Assembly: GCA_040954595.2 (NCBI GenBank)
Contig: CM082578.2
Location: forward strand, 12,648,520-12,712,519
DNA: 64,000 nt
DNA from: Balanoglossus misakiensis
Lineage: Eukaryota > Animalia > Hemichordata
Reading direction: 5' to 3'
Below the pieces are notes generated by a model. The model was not told the DNA's origin. It saw nothing but the letters and a program-made list of their open reading frames with translations, and did not search any database. Position 1 is the first letter of the stretch, and every line of letters begins with the position of its first letter. Positions 32,763-46,412 of the stretch are shown here, piece after piece. Position numbers and translations under genes: made by a program.

Positions 32763-33888
32763 ATGTCGGGGCGAGCAGGTAATTCATTCGTCATTAGACG
32801 ATTTTCTAGTATTTTTCTACTACTCCGACATTGTGTAAAATGTAGTGATGTGTTTGATCAATATTTGACAATTTGCCGCGAATATTTTAGTGTTATGATG
32901 ACCCAATCGAGGTCAGTGTTGATTGTTGCGCGCGCGCCATTCCATACGCTTGTGAAATTGACATTTGTGCAGTACGCGAACGCTACCCTACCCCCTCACA
33001 CTGTGTGGAGTGACTATGCCTCACAGTCACTCTTAGTTATTGCTGGGTTGGTCATGCCGGAGATGTATGTCTTAGAAATAGGTGGTCATCTATTTGAAGT
33101 ACTAGATAATCTCTAAGACATAACGCAGCAGTCCCTGGCATGACTAACCAGTTTACATGTATTACACGTGATTGACTGTGGTGGACATCATCTCCACCTT
33201 TATATACACACTGAAAATCATCACTGACGGTTATTAGATCATCCAACTGTCCCTTATCCATTTCAGGTGGTAAAAAGAAGCCTTTAAAACAGCCGAAGAA
33301 AAAGCAGCAAGATATGGATGAGGTAAATCATGTGCCAGATAGCTGATGTATGGTGTTCTCCCAAAGAATTTCCTGTTTCCACTGCTCAGTTTATATGTCT
33401 ACTTTGCCACATGAGCAAATCCCAGATCATACTTGGACTCTGTGTGGACAAGTATATTAATTAAGGAAAACTCGTCCAGTGTGGCTACATTTGGGATTAG
33501 GATTCATTGAATGTGTTGTGTCGTATTTGCATTTCAGGATGACGCAGCGCTGAAGCAAAAACAGAGGGAAGATCAAAAGAAATTGCAAGAAGCAAGAGCA
33601 AAGGCTGGCCAGAAAGGTCCTATGGGTAAGATCCTGATTTCACGTTGTAGTTGTTCATATCATGTTTGCATGCAAATGCATCACTTTTTTTTTTTATTAA
33701 AGGGACATTAGCTGTAACTTTCCGCTATGTTTTCAGTAGTAATCATGCTGGCTGTACACACATAGGCTATGTTGGTAGGCGGTTTAAAACCAGAAATGTC
33801 GCATGTCCAACTGCACTGACAATTTATCTCCTCTCCCGCTGTCTTTCTTCCAGGTGCAGGAGGCATGAAGAAATCTGGAAAGAAATGA
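32763..33888 (+). CDS. TMA7: Translation machinery-associated protein 7 (64 aa). Exons 32763-32778, 33267-33322, 33538-33625, 33854-33888
   Basis: MSGRAG|GKKKPLKQPKKKQQDMDE|DDAALKQKQREDQKKLQEARAKAGQKGPMG|AGGMKKSGKK*. 195-nt spliced CDS with canonical GT-AG sites. Confidence 0.95.
33042..33160 (+). ncRNA. Candidate intronic structured RNA (H/ACA-like) in TMA7 intron 1
   Basis: Long stem ggttggtcatgccgg/ctggcatgactaacc plus inner stem tatgtcttaga/tctaagacata, followed by ACA at 33155-33157. Confidence 0.4.
33705..33824 (+). ncRNA. Candidate intronic H/ACA-like snoRNA in TMA7 intron 3 (3' part also in the paralog at ~31864-31943)
   Basis: Hairpin gttgg..gcgg/tcgc..ccaac with an internal loop ~16 nt before ACA (33819-33821). 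The block is ~96% identical between paralogs. No canonical H box was found. Confidence 0.35.
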
Positions 33889-36800
33889 CATTTGCTGAAG
33901 TGGAAGAGGAGAATCTTCCCTATGGCCCTGGCTGATTCCTTCATAAAATTCTTTCATTAGTTGTATTATTTGTGCTAGTTTGAATTTCATATTCCAATCA
34001 TGTTACAGAAAAATAAAATGCCCTTTTTGTAGTTGAATGTGTATTGGTATTTATTCGGATCTGTCTGTTTGCTATTGTGTAAGATGTGTGCAAGTCTCTA
34101 TAGACTATACATGCTTCTGCTGCCACGACAGCGCCCTCGGGTGGTGGCTTCGTTCGTAGAAGGGCCTATCGTCATACATGCGTGAGGGTGTGTGTATGCA
34201 TATGCCATATTTCTCAAGATGCCTGTTGTACCTACCCGCACTCCCCGACGCGACGTCAAACATGCGCATGATAGCAATCATATGAGTCACTCAACACAGC
34301 TATTTGCAAATCAATAAAACTAGTAGATGTCGAGGCAGATCATGGCATACATTATACAAACTGTATGTCTCTTTCATCTCGAAACTTGCGAATGGAAGGT
34401 TTTTTTTTCCTTGGTTGAGTTATTAACCCCACACTCCACGCCAAACGCCTGCGGTAAACGTGGTACTGGAAACCAACGGCTGCGTAAACACTTTCACACC
34501 CGTCAGACAGACAGGAAGTCCTCTTTTTCATAGCATCGAACGCATCTGATCACAGACAATGCAGCAGTTAACATAGAGAAAATGTGGCATGTGGCCTTTT
34601 GAGTCACCGCCGTGGAATTTCTATTTTAGAATGGATGTTTTCAATTCAACTCGATTCATAATGATATTAATACCACGAATTAGACCGTAATACATTGACT
34701 GTTGTCTATATTGTCCTAACGACTGAGAACTTCAAGAACTGTCGAGTAATTGCGCATTTCCAAGTCGAGATGTGATTTATCACCATCTATAATCGAGTCG
34801 TCAACAGATATGCAGGCACTTTGACGTGTAGGTATGCTTCTTACCAGATAATGTTCGTCCACTGCAAAACATAACTGTCACCAGCTTACATAGCAAAGCG
34901 TGAACTTTGACATATGTTATTAGAGTCCGTGGAAACAGGGCTGGATAATCGGAAATTGTGATTTTCTACGATAACTGCCGCACGAAATCAAGGTCGGCAA
35001 CAAGAGGACCGAAATTCCAGACTCATAAATGACTCTTTTTCATGTATTTCATTTTCCATATGTGTGGAGGGACTGTGTGTAATCTAAACTTGAAATACGT
35101 GAGACTTATGCTATTCTACTTGTTCGATAAACCGCACGAATTCCACGATTCCAAGTTCAAAGTATTGTCCAAGTGTCCGCCTTGGTTATAGACGCACAGA
35201 CACAATTGTCTCTCGACGTCGTGACGCTTGTGACGTCACCTTCCAACCACTTAACACATTTTATCAAACTAACAAACAATATCAGTGCAGGGGTGATGGA
35301 AAATATTGAAATTCATCATCTTTGAACTGAGTGTAGCGTCTGCCAATTTATATTTCACTTTTTTCTGTCAGTCTATAGCTGTGAGTGGATCAGTCAGTGT
35401 CCGTCTCCGACCTTGTCTCAAATGACGGCTTCCCGCTTATCACCTGTTGATGTAAGTCAGTCTTGTCTTACAACAGCAAACCAAGTACTTGATCTAGAAT
35501 TCCACTTCATTAGAGGACCGGCGTGTGGTTGGTGGCCTTTTGCATTCTTGGACATCCGGGCCAGACAGTATATCTTCCAACACATGCGCCGGCGAGATGT
35601 GAAAATGACACTCTAAATATCGGAAGAACTTACTTCCACGATTTGCGGTGGGCGAAGCCCAGGTGCTGAGATGAGACCGAAATTTAAAAGAAACACATTA
35701 CATACCAGGCATTTTTATATGATTATGTCGGTATTCAAGCGAAGACTAGACTTGTGACAATCTGCTTGGTTTTATGGAGAGATAATGAGGTACAGAGGGA
35801 GGTTTGGCACTTCACGTTTCTGAGATTTTCTTCGGTGCTTTGTTGTAAACGGATATTTTTGGGCCTACCCGTGGTTACTTTAACCCTGTCCGTGGGGTTG
35901 AGGAGAAACCGCGGCCTTCCGAAAACACTGTGAATCATAAGTAAAACATCAATGTTCACACATGTGGTGAAGGTCTGAACGTTTATATATGTGCGTCGCT
36001 GGCAGATGGGTCGCACGTGGGTCGGGGGTGGTGGTGAATCCATACAATGGCGTTACTTCTGAAACGCAACGCAGTACTCGAACTTGTCCATATACAACTG
36101 CGGTATACACTCGTTGATTCGGGCAAACAAGACGAATACCGGTCAAGTAAACATCCTCTTATGAGTGTGAAGCCACAGAGTATAGTGGGCACACGCACCA
36201 AAAATAAAAGAAAAACATCTCAACAAAAAATAAAAAAATATCGTCCTGTCAAACTTAAGAAAAGCAGAACCTCCGAAGGCGTTGGTATCATCTTCACTGA
36301 ATCTGTTACAACAAAGTCACTACTCTACCTTTTTCGAGGCGGCAACCGCCCACCATTCATTCCATCTATATACAGAACCTTGTGATTGTGACGGATGTGA
36401 ATGCTAGAAATACTTGCCTTGGCCGAATGTGTGGTCTCCTCAAAATAACACCAAAAAACTGAATAAGAAGAAACACGAGGTTACCACGCCTCCGCCAAGG
36501 CATTTCTCCAACAGAAGCAAAAACTATCTCAGACAAAAAACTCTCTGCCGAAGGTAAAATCTAAATGATGCTATATTTGTTAATCGTATTTATCTCTGAT
36601 ACCTGAACTCTTCCTATAAATTATAATAAACCTAACTTTTATGGCATCGCCAATACGGGCTTGACAACAGGCAATGACTCACTACAGTTCGCATGCCATA
36701 TTTGTCAATACTGCATATTTTAACGTCTCAAGTCCTAGCCCCGACTGGACGCAAAGTGTTCACATTGTCAGACGTCGATGCGCCTGTTTTTTGGACGTAA

Positions 36801-37414
36801 CAGGGCGGAAGACCATCTATTCAGCGCTTAACTCAAGTTCGGGATGACGATAGGGCATCCTTTGTGAGTAAGCCGAAGGGAGCGCCACTCAGCTACAATA
36901 CCTTATACGACCTGGAGTTGTTTTGCTCGCTCTCCCGCCTAAACGCTGACGTACACCCGATCTGACACGGGTCTTGGACTCATACTTACTGTCTGAAGGG
37001 AACAACTTTTTGCAACTTTAAACCAAAGCCGCGACAAGGATTTTTCCCAGTTAAAAACAAAATCCGCCGTGTTTCCCTTCATTGGAGGATAGTTGTGTGT
37101 TTGTTTGTGCGCGCTGCATCGACGCGCAGTCCGATTCCTACTGGATTACTCATTGGATAGTATATCTGGCTGGCTTGAAACTGACAGGCCAATTGGACGG
37201 AAATAGACATCCAGTGCAGAGATACATTCACCTCACGTCTTGGGCCCTACTAAGCTATGCCAACAATTCAAACGCGTTGAAAAAACAACGGCTCGAACTC
37301 CAAGTTGGCTTTGAATTTCACGGCTGCAGACTAGCTCCGTGGCCACTCGTCAGCTACTCTGGGATCACTGGCGACCTGTTACTTTTCACCAAAGAAAGGA
37401 CTTTCACTAAAATA

Positions 37415-40400
37415 ATGGAGGAAGGCAAGGCTCTGACAACTCTACCAGACGAAGAAACCCTGGTCGGCGACAACGAAGATGTAAACTGGGACAGCGACAC
37501 AGAAGCGTCGCAAGGATATAACAAAGTGAAATTTCACTCGGCAAAAATGGACTTATCGCTGAAAATTCTCAAAGAGGAACTGGTGAGTGAAAGCGTCGAT
37601 TTTGTTTTGATCCGTAAAAAACTTATGTCGTTTTGGCAAGTGTTAAAATAGATACGACGGCGTCCATCTTGAAGGAGGGGGCCCTGGTAGGTCTTCTTTT
37701 ATCTCGGCGTCTCTCATGACAGAAATTTAATGAACTGTGCTGATCTCGTCAGGAATTCCAGTCGCTCAATAGCAACATTAATCCAGGCGTAGGAATTATC
37801 AGTGATAGCGAAAACATGGTTTCGCGAGGAAAATTAGGGCCTGGTCATTGTTGTTCCCACATTCAAACTTCGCCCCCGCCCCAGTCTTCTCGTCGTCCCG
37901 GTTGCTATATTTGCGGACGCTTCCTCAAATATCTTGTGTGGTTGAAACGCATAACCATCCTATCTATAAATGGCACAGACATTCCGATGGTTTCACAGAT
38001 AAAAGGAAATCGGAAGGAAGCCAAACCTTGGCGAAAATTTCCCAAGTGAACGGTTACAAATCATCCACTGTGAGTTCTGTGTTGGTTGAAATTACACGCT
38101 GCCTTCACACCCCGTCACGGGTGTGTGTTCCGTGTGAAACAAACTTCGGGAGACGTGTAAAAACAGTTTGCCTGATTTGATAAACATAGTTGTTTTATTT
38201 CGCCCTCCTTAGTACGTGGTCTATCCTCCACTATATCGCTTGCCCATTTCTTAAAGTGCTTTCTTTGTGTGTATCTAAACCCACTTCGGCTTCTCTTTAA
38301 AAGCAGACGGTCTGGGTCAATGCTGATATCGCGAGGTAACCGTATATCACGGGGTCGTGAACGCGCGATCCCTCCCCAGCTAGCCCCCCACCCGATTGAT
38401 CGATAAGGTTTTGGCAAAAGCGACCTTGATGTTGGGGGAAAACGGGGCATGATGTGCGAGGCGGGCGGGGAGAAGATTTTTAAGGTTGTGTGACATAGTT
38501 AACACGAGACATGCCCACGGTACGATGATTGCCCACAGAGCTACGCAAAGTGTATTGCACGTCAACAAAAACCAGGTATGGGAAACCCACACCCACGGCC
38601 AACCAAGCATGACAATCCGCCAACTTTTTGCTCTTATCGGGCTCTCTTTGTTGGCTCTCCCCACTTCTTCTTTGTTCGACACCGGCCTGAGTAGTTCAGT
38701 CAACTTTCCCTTTTCAGGTTTCGGTGAAATCCAAAGCGCGTCCCCAAACAGGGGACGTGGATGTTCGCCTTTCAGCCGCGCTCTGATCGTTGTTGACGGA
38801 GTCAAAGGTTACGGTGGTATGTCAGGTTCGGCAAATTCAAACGTATGTCTTTCCCGTTTGAATTGTTTAAAGCGCAACGAGAACCAATCGGCGATAAAGT
38901 TTGCCCAACGCAGCCAGAGACAAGAGCCATCACTCGACCTGGCGTTCATGACCACTGTCATGTCAAGTGTCACTGGTAATGAAGACCGTCGCCACATGAT
39001 TAGCTCGGGGGCGCGAACCTAGCAGGTCATATCGGGAGTACTTATTCTATAATTATTGCCCCTCGGCGATTCTTATTGCTATCGCTTTTGACATGCGAGA
39101 AAAAGGACACCGTGAAACGATAAACACTTGGAACTTGAAGCAGCGATGGATGGCAACGTACGACAAGATAAAATAAACAAGTGACCAATATTGAACAGCT
39201 TTTACGTACTGGGTACGCCAGTGGTTGTACGGCCGTGTCACTTCGCAGTGAATCATCCAATAGTACAGGGCAAAGCGTTATTCCGTAAATCCTACCCATT
39301 GATGAGGTTATCCTTATGAATAAAATAACTCCTTGACATAGTTGCAATGCCCTGCTGTGAGAGGTGTGCACGCGTGAATAATCACAGTTGAGCTCAGTGG
39401 TATAGCCTGCCCCCGCGCTGCCAGAGCTCTTCCCGGTTGCGTCAAAGCCACCACTGAGACCTGGCGATCCGCAGTACACCCCAACTGCGCCTCTGTGCGG
39501 ACTTTTGCGGCCACCAATGAAAGTAGGTGGAATGATTGAATCCACCATATCATTCTTGAGTGAGTCAGCTTGTTGTCAACCTGCGGCGTGTGGTGAAATT
39601 TGTACAGATTTGACAAAGACCCACGGCGAGTTTCAGAATAGATTTTGTTTTGTTATAATCTTTACCGCATTGCGTCATCGTAAACCACAACTACGACTTG
39701 ATCGGTCCATGTCACTGTCGCCCCCACCGAGCGCCCCATCCCTCGATTGGCTGACAGGCCAACTATCCACGCGAGCTATTAAAGTTCTTTCCTCTGCCTG
39801 CGGGGATATTAAATTAACAGAAAACGAGGATGTCACAGTGAAACCAAGCTTCTTCCCGGAGAAGTCAAGATGACTGACGTAAAGATAAATCACTAAACAG
39901 ACGAACTTGATATCAACTTGATGGGCCCTATTCACGGTCTTTCGACTTTTATTATGAGATAAATCTTTGCGGGTGTTTACAGTCAGTTGTTCTTTCCGGG
40001 TTGAGAGTACTGTTTCTGTTATGGCGGTACTTCACGAAGTTGTGTTAACCTCAGACCGGCAACTGGAGTTGTGCCAGAGATAACGGAACCTGCTAAAAGC
40101 GGGAGAACTGTCACTATTGTTATTTGTCAGCTTCCGGAACAAAACAAGGAAATCAGGATGTACGGTGGATAATATTACGCAATTGTGTCTGACGTGGTCT
40201 GAAAGGTGCGTCTCTACTCCAGGGTGGCCGTGTTCTTGGTCAAAGTACGCAGACGACATATTGTGACAATGATAGTTACGCCGGGGTGGGGTGGGTTGGG
40301 GATGGGTGGAGTGGGTATACGCAAGTGTGTGCGGTGATAATTTCAGCGGTGTGGTTGAGGTTGGGTGATGCAGGGGGTTATAATTACCGTCAGGGCAAGC

Positions 40401-40479
40401 TATTGTGGCGTTGCGGTGGTTCATGTGGACAGGAATATGTCAACAGATGGTCATTTACGTGTATAATACCTAAGCGTGA

Positions 40480-40512
<33 letters not shown>

Positions 40513-43500
40513 ACTTGGAGAGACGGTGGAATCATGTAGCGACAAAACATATGCAGAAAACCCGGAGCCGAGGCTTAAATATTTCAATCTAACAGGCATA
40601 TATGCCTCAAGTCGACGTAATAATGCAGAACCACCCTTTTATTACTCCGCTTGTCGTTCCCGAAAAAAAGTCCGAAAGCCTGTCATCAAGTAGCTGCCTC
40701 TTTTACATTTGAAATTATAACTGTTTTCTATTTTCCACATGAGCAGGCGCAAGTGTCGCTTTTTTCACGGATAGGTTACTTTGATCCCTTCAGGAATTCG
40801 GGATAGAGTTTCTTTCCTCCACTATGATAGACATGTGCCCAAATCCAACAGCAGTGCACCATCAGCTGTCACTGGCAGAGGTCACTAGCCGAGTTGTAAC
40901 TAGTTAGCTCGGGCTGCAAAGTTGCTCGTATGGGGCAATGGCATCATGTACTAAACAATATTCGGCCAAGACAGGCCAAATGAACCCGTGAGCCGAGGCA
41001 CAGTCGGTACAAGCGATGGCAATTTTTAGTGTGAAGCCGGTTGTTTATTGTTCTCTCAGACAAAGACGGTGACTTCAGTCCACTGGAATTCTGGTGGAAT
41101 TTTAACTTGTGCAAAAGGTGGGCACCCAGCGGCCGGATTCCTACCAACTGATCGCCGATGATTTACCAAACGGAAGTGGTTGATTCTATTGAGGGTCGCC
41201 AAAAAGCGACTTATACTGTATCTTCGTGTCAGAAAGTGGGCTATTGACAAAGGATTGTTTGGCACACACAGAATGGAATGAAATAAAAGAAATTGGCTTG
41301 TGAGTCATAAGTTGTGAGAGCTACTATGAAAGGTGCTGCTCATGTAAACGAAGAGGGCACTTTTGAAGCCACAAACACACAATCCCTGTTTTCGAGCTAG
41401 TTCTCGTTGGCACTAAGTATTTTCACGGTGTATATACCACTTGCGGGAAGGTCGAAGCACTCTTCTGTCATGTGCAGCATGGCCAAGTTCACGCGGTAGC
41501 CTTGCTTTAAATGGTCGTGGAGACATGGTCAAAGATTAGGTGTAAGCAAAATTTGCCACATGCCCGGTCAGCTGGACACCGGCAAGATACCCCAGGATCA
41601 TGTACGTACCAGAGGATCACAAGAGACACAAGAAACTTGAACCCAAAGTCCGTGGTCCAAAGTCCACAGTTCAAAGTCCATAGACCAGTCCAGGGTTTAG
41701 ACACAGCCATCATTGTCCAGGTGGGCTGCCGGGAGGGGGGGGGGGGGGAGTTATGACTGCCCTACCAGACCCAGCTAACCCCTCATTTGCATGTAAACGC
41801 AGCTGTAACTTACACGGACACCAATATCGTGATCTCAGCTGATTTGGTATTCGAGGTGTCAATTACAGGGGAATGTAAATGGCCGTTATGTTTTTTTTTA
41901 TATTGTCACAAACACGACTTGCATACTTCTGACGACCGCTTGACCGCGCGGGCCTTTATTTATCAGAATTACATTTTCTATTTAGCAAATATTTTGGGCG
42001 TATTTTTGGTCCCCGTTTTGGGCCCAATTACTGCTGGTAATCTGTCTCTGAAATATGCATCACCAGTTCCTTGCACATTTGAATATTTGACGGGGATATA
42101 TTTTGACGTCAGTTTACCTCAGCTGTCTACCAGATGCGTTCTGATATCACAACAAATACGATTGTTACATCAATAACGCTTGCTTATTCCATCGTCTTTA
42201 ACACTCTCCAATCTCTCGCTCATATATGATAAGCAATTTCTCTTGAATATGAAGAATATTATAAGTTTGTCTCAGCCTGAGAATCGTCACGGCGTATTGT
42301 TGAAAATGTTCCACGGATGCACGCCATATTGGCCAATTTCACTAACCATTTATATTGCTACAGAGCAGCGATTGTGTTATACAGGATATACCCAAAAGAT
42401 CACGTTTGCATTAACACTTGAAATACAAGTTGTATGCTTGTTACGGAAGGAAGTCCAACAACAGGTAATTCTGTAAACGACCCTGTACGTAACACTATTG
42501 GAAACATCATTGAAGTAATGCAAAAATAACGCTTCAATACCGCCCCAAGATATCCGTCTACTCAGGTTTAACCTAAATTAATCAGCACATTCTATAAAGG
42601 GTATTGTGAACATATTGACCGGGACTGGCATTTAAACCTATCACACAATACCAGTGTCCAATAGCAGGCAAAGTTCGACGGCGGGCCAGTCGGAGCGTGT
42701 CAACAGGACGCGCACACGTACTCACAGTGTACATCAGCGTTAAACTATCATATGTTTTTGCAGCTGAAATCGAATCTAAATTTCCTGTGTCGGCCGGTGG
42801 TCTTATATGTGTGCTCGACCAACTTGCCTTTGCCAAGGGACCACTCTGTGCGCTTTCTCCCCTTTTATTTACACAAAACGACATTCGCCAAGTGGTTATC
42901 ACCCTCCACCCATGACCGACTTTATTTACGGACACGCTGCGGTAAATAACACCTTTCTTCGGGGAGAAAACACACACACACACACACACACACGTCTGCA
43001 TATAAATCGAACGTCTTATCGCCGCTGCGTGGGAGGTTTGACCCACACCGTACCGAAGGGCTTGTTCTTTGTAGATAGAATATATGTTCACACAATTAAT
43101 TCAATTGTATCAACCCCGCGAGGCACCCCGGAAAAAAAGTAGATATTGTCGAGTGACAATGAAACGTGTTCCTATTCTTTCGCTCAATATGCAGCACCTG
43201 TACGCACATTCTTGTGAGATTAAGTAATTCTCAGGTTTTAGTCTCGATGAATTATTTCAACTCTGGGGAGTTGGGGACGAGCTGAACTAAAAATACGTTC
43301 GCGCAGTTCTGATCAAGACAGGTCAGCTGTTTTTCAAATCAACTCAAGCGTTTACTTGGGAATTTTTTGATATCGGAGAATGAGTCTGGATAATTTAGTT
43401 GGCAGCGTGCCCGGTAAACATCTTAGCCTTAAATCTTAGTCGGAGTCATTTTATGTGAGATTTTGTTTTGGATTTTTTGGCAGATTGTTATTCCAAAATA

Positions 43501-46333
43501 GTAGCTGGCGTCCGTGACTATGATTGCGCTCTCAAACTCGCCAGGAATTGGCTCATGACCAACACGTGTGATTATTGCACGGAACGTGGTAGGAAAGTCA
43601 TCAGTAGTTAATTAGTCAAGTTTTCTTGTCTTAATCGAACTCCGATCCGCATGCGTGTAGATCATCTCGCGCGATATGCGTGACCTGGTGATGGCACAGT
43701 GTCTCTAAAAATACGCGTGTTTTTTTTTGATCGGCGGCTCAACAGACAACGAAGGTATTTGAACGGGGGGAATTGGTAAATTGACCCGGCGGTGTGAACG
43801 TGCTCCTCTGCATCGTGTAAATCAATCAAAGGCTGAAGGGTGATGTCTTCGGCAGATGGTGGCCGAGCGCATGAGAATTAAGCGTTGAAAATAACACAAG
43901 AAAAACTCACCGCTCTGAAAAATTACTAGAAACAAAATTACCGTATCTATTAGTTATGACAAGTCTCGTTCCAGATCAGAAATACAGGTTGCGGTCAAAT
44001 TAGCTTAAAACAAACGAATGTCAGTACTCGGATGCCGTCAAAGCTCGGAAGTGAAAGTTGCCCGTTTAGAGCAAACTTAAAGTTCCTGCTCGAAAGTTCA
44101 TAGGAGCGCAATCTACGCGTGGAAAGACCTTGATAGGAGAAAACTCGAGCGCTGTCCAACTGAGATAGTCATCCCGGCGGAAACTTAAACTGTCGCCCAG
44201 ACGTCATATGAACGCTGTCAGACGACCAAGGCTTGTCTTTTTTTACGCAATGCTGGTTTCCCCGTTGCGTCGGCCATTCTCGGGAACGGAGCTTGAAATA
44301 TGCATGATTCGGGGAAACCGGAAACTTTGAATCAGTCTGCCGTCACGTTATGTTAATCATGATAATAATCATGGTCATATATAGAGACAAAATGACTACC
44401 CATTATTGACGTTTGTGTTTCAGACCGCATCTTGAAGATTATAAAAATGAAACACCTCGTCTGTAGACGTAAGGGATTTTTACGATTTAAACAGTTTTAG
44501 CGTCGTTATCGCAGGTACACGGTCAACTCAGTTGGGCGAGTTTTACAGCAGGTTGCAATGTAATTTGAGGTCACTGAGTAGTTTAAGATAAACTTGATCG
44601 TCTGGTGAGGTCATTTTAGGAGCACAAATGCGTTTTGTGATTGTTGAATGCCGACTCGTGGAATGTTTTTTGACAATGGCTTTCCCAATTCACGTGCCGA
44701 CCATGCGTACTCCCGACACATCGGCATGAATGCTACTCAATGGAGAACGTTTTGCATTCCTTGTGGCAACCAAAGTCAAGAACTAAATCCCATGTCAACT
44801 TTTTCACGGTACGCGACGACAGTTTTTTGTGCTTTTGACCAGGGTGGAAAAACCACCACGTAATGTAATAGAATACCGAGACGCAGAACTTGGAAGACAC
44901 AATTTGCCCGAGCCGGTACATTTTCTGTCGACAGTGGTCCCATTATCAAGAATCGATTAGACTCACTGAGTTCCCTCTGTTTTATCTCAGACTACTTTAA
45001 ATTTATAGACTCGGTAATGGCGTTTCAATGACACTGGTTGACAACAGTTTGCGAACACGCGGCGTTGATAATTTTCATGTGCGGCAATGTTTCCACATTC
45101 TCTCAGACACCGGCCAGGGGATGCCCTATGCACAGTGCCGACTAAACAACAACCTCATACCGGCTGCTCTTATAGATATTCGTCGATAATAAATCTAGTG
45201 GCCCTTCTCTTTGTGCGGAATGTTGGTATGCGCCAGATAACGCTCCCCCACGTGCGGCATCCCCTACAACGTGAACACAGCCGTGCCAAACTGTATATTT
45301 TTGTTCCCGGGGAGCTCTCTCTCCCAGGATTAAAGGTCATGGTACCCCCACCCTACTCGGTGATATGACGTCCCCTTTATTTAATGCAAGGCAATAAAGC
45401 TGGGCCATTTCTCCATCTCTACTTCGGTTTTTCGAAATACTATGAAACGCGATATTTTGTTACCCCGCCCTATATTTCTCTCAACATGAAATATTACACG
45501 ACCTTTCGATGGAGGACAGTTACCTCGACCGTCGGTGCAGATAGAAGTTCCACGGAACAATCACTGCAAGCAGCATCGTAAAAAAATCTTATATATGCAG
45601 CAACCAAATTCAAATACATGTACGTAAAGAATAGGTCACGTGATTGCACAGCGACGTTGTAAACTTTTCGTGAGAAAATCATTCTCTGCGTCTCTTCGTT
45701 CTGAGGTAACACTGTAAACTCCCCCAGCTGATTAGCAAACCAGATCCCTGTCACTAAAGAACGTAAGAAAAGACGATTCGGGTACTTATCAGTTTGAAAT
45801 ATTGGCCTTAGTGGAACTGGGTCACCATGAGTCGATGGATGATACTTTACGTCAAAAATATGGAGTCAAAAGATCGAAGATGACATGTTAAGTAGTCTGG
45901 ATTTGAATTGTAACAGACTTTCGCATGACAGGACGGCTTTTGGCAGAATGCGAGTCCAACTGCAACAAGATGAGGAAAGGGAACATTGAATTTCTTGCAT
46001 ATCAGGCTAAAGTGTACCTTCTGTTAATACCCATCAATTGTGTTAGTTGGGGCCTACTATCAACGTTTAGGATTTCGATATCCCCCTGATGATCTGGAAG
46101 ACTGACCGCATGAGAGAAATAATTTGCTTCGTTTGGATTTAAATCAAAATATTGTGAAATAGGAAAAAACAGATGGCAGCACAATCAACAAAACATGGCG
46201 AGATAGGTCACGTGATTGTGATTCCAATGTCGTCATCTGCCAGACGGGCTGCATAGTTTTATGCTGAGTGGATGCAAAACACATCAATGCTCTGATGCCT
46301 GCACACAACACAGTCACGTAAATAGGTACAAAC

Positions 46334-46412
<79 letters not shown>

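Noticed and set aside
32975-33160. Telomerase RNA or U17/U85 identity for the TMA7 intron-1 structure
   Set aside because: No CTAACCCT template, no U17 m1/m2 motifs, and no convincing terminal stem or U5 antisense element.
36180-36560. Possible Helentron/MITE remnants (cctccgccaagg-type motifs); similar hints at 1740-2140 and 41500-41790
   Set aside because: Boundaries, TIRs and TSDs could not be defined from single copies in this window.
38486-39022. 178-aa ORF with a signal-peptide-like stretch (MTIRQLFALIGLSLLAL)
   Set aside because: No recognisable family or codon bias, and overlapping ORFs of similar length occur on the other strand; likely chance.
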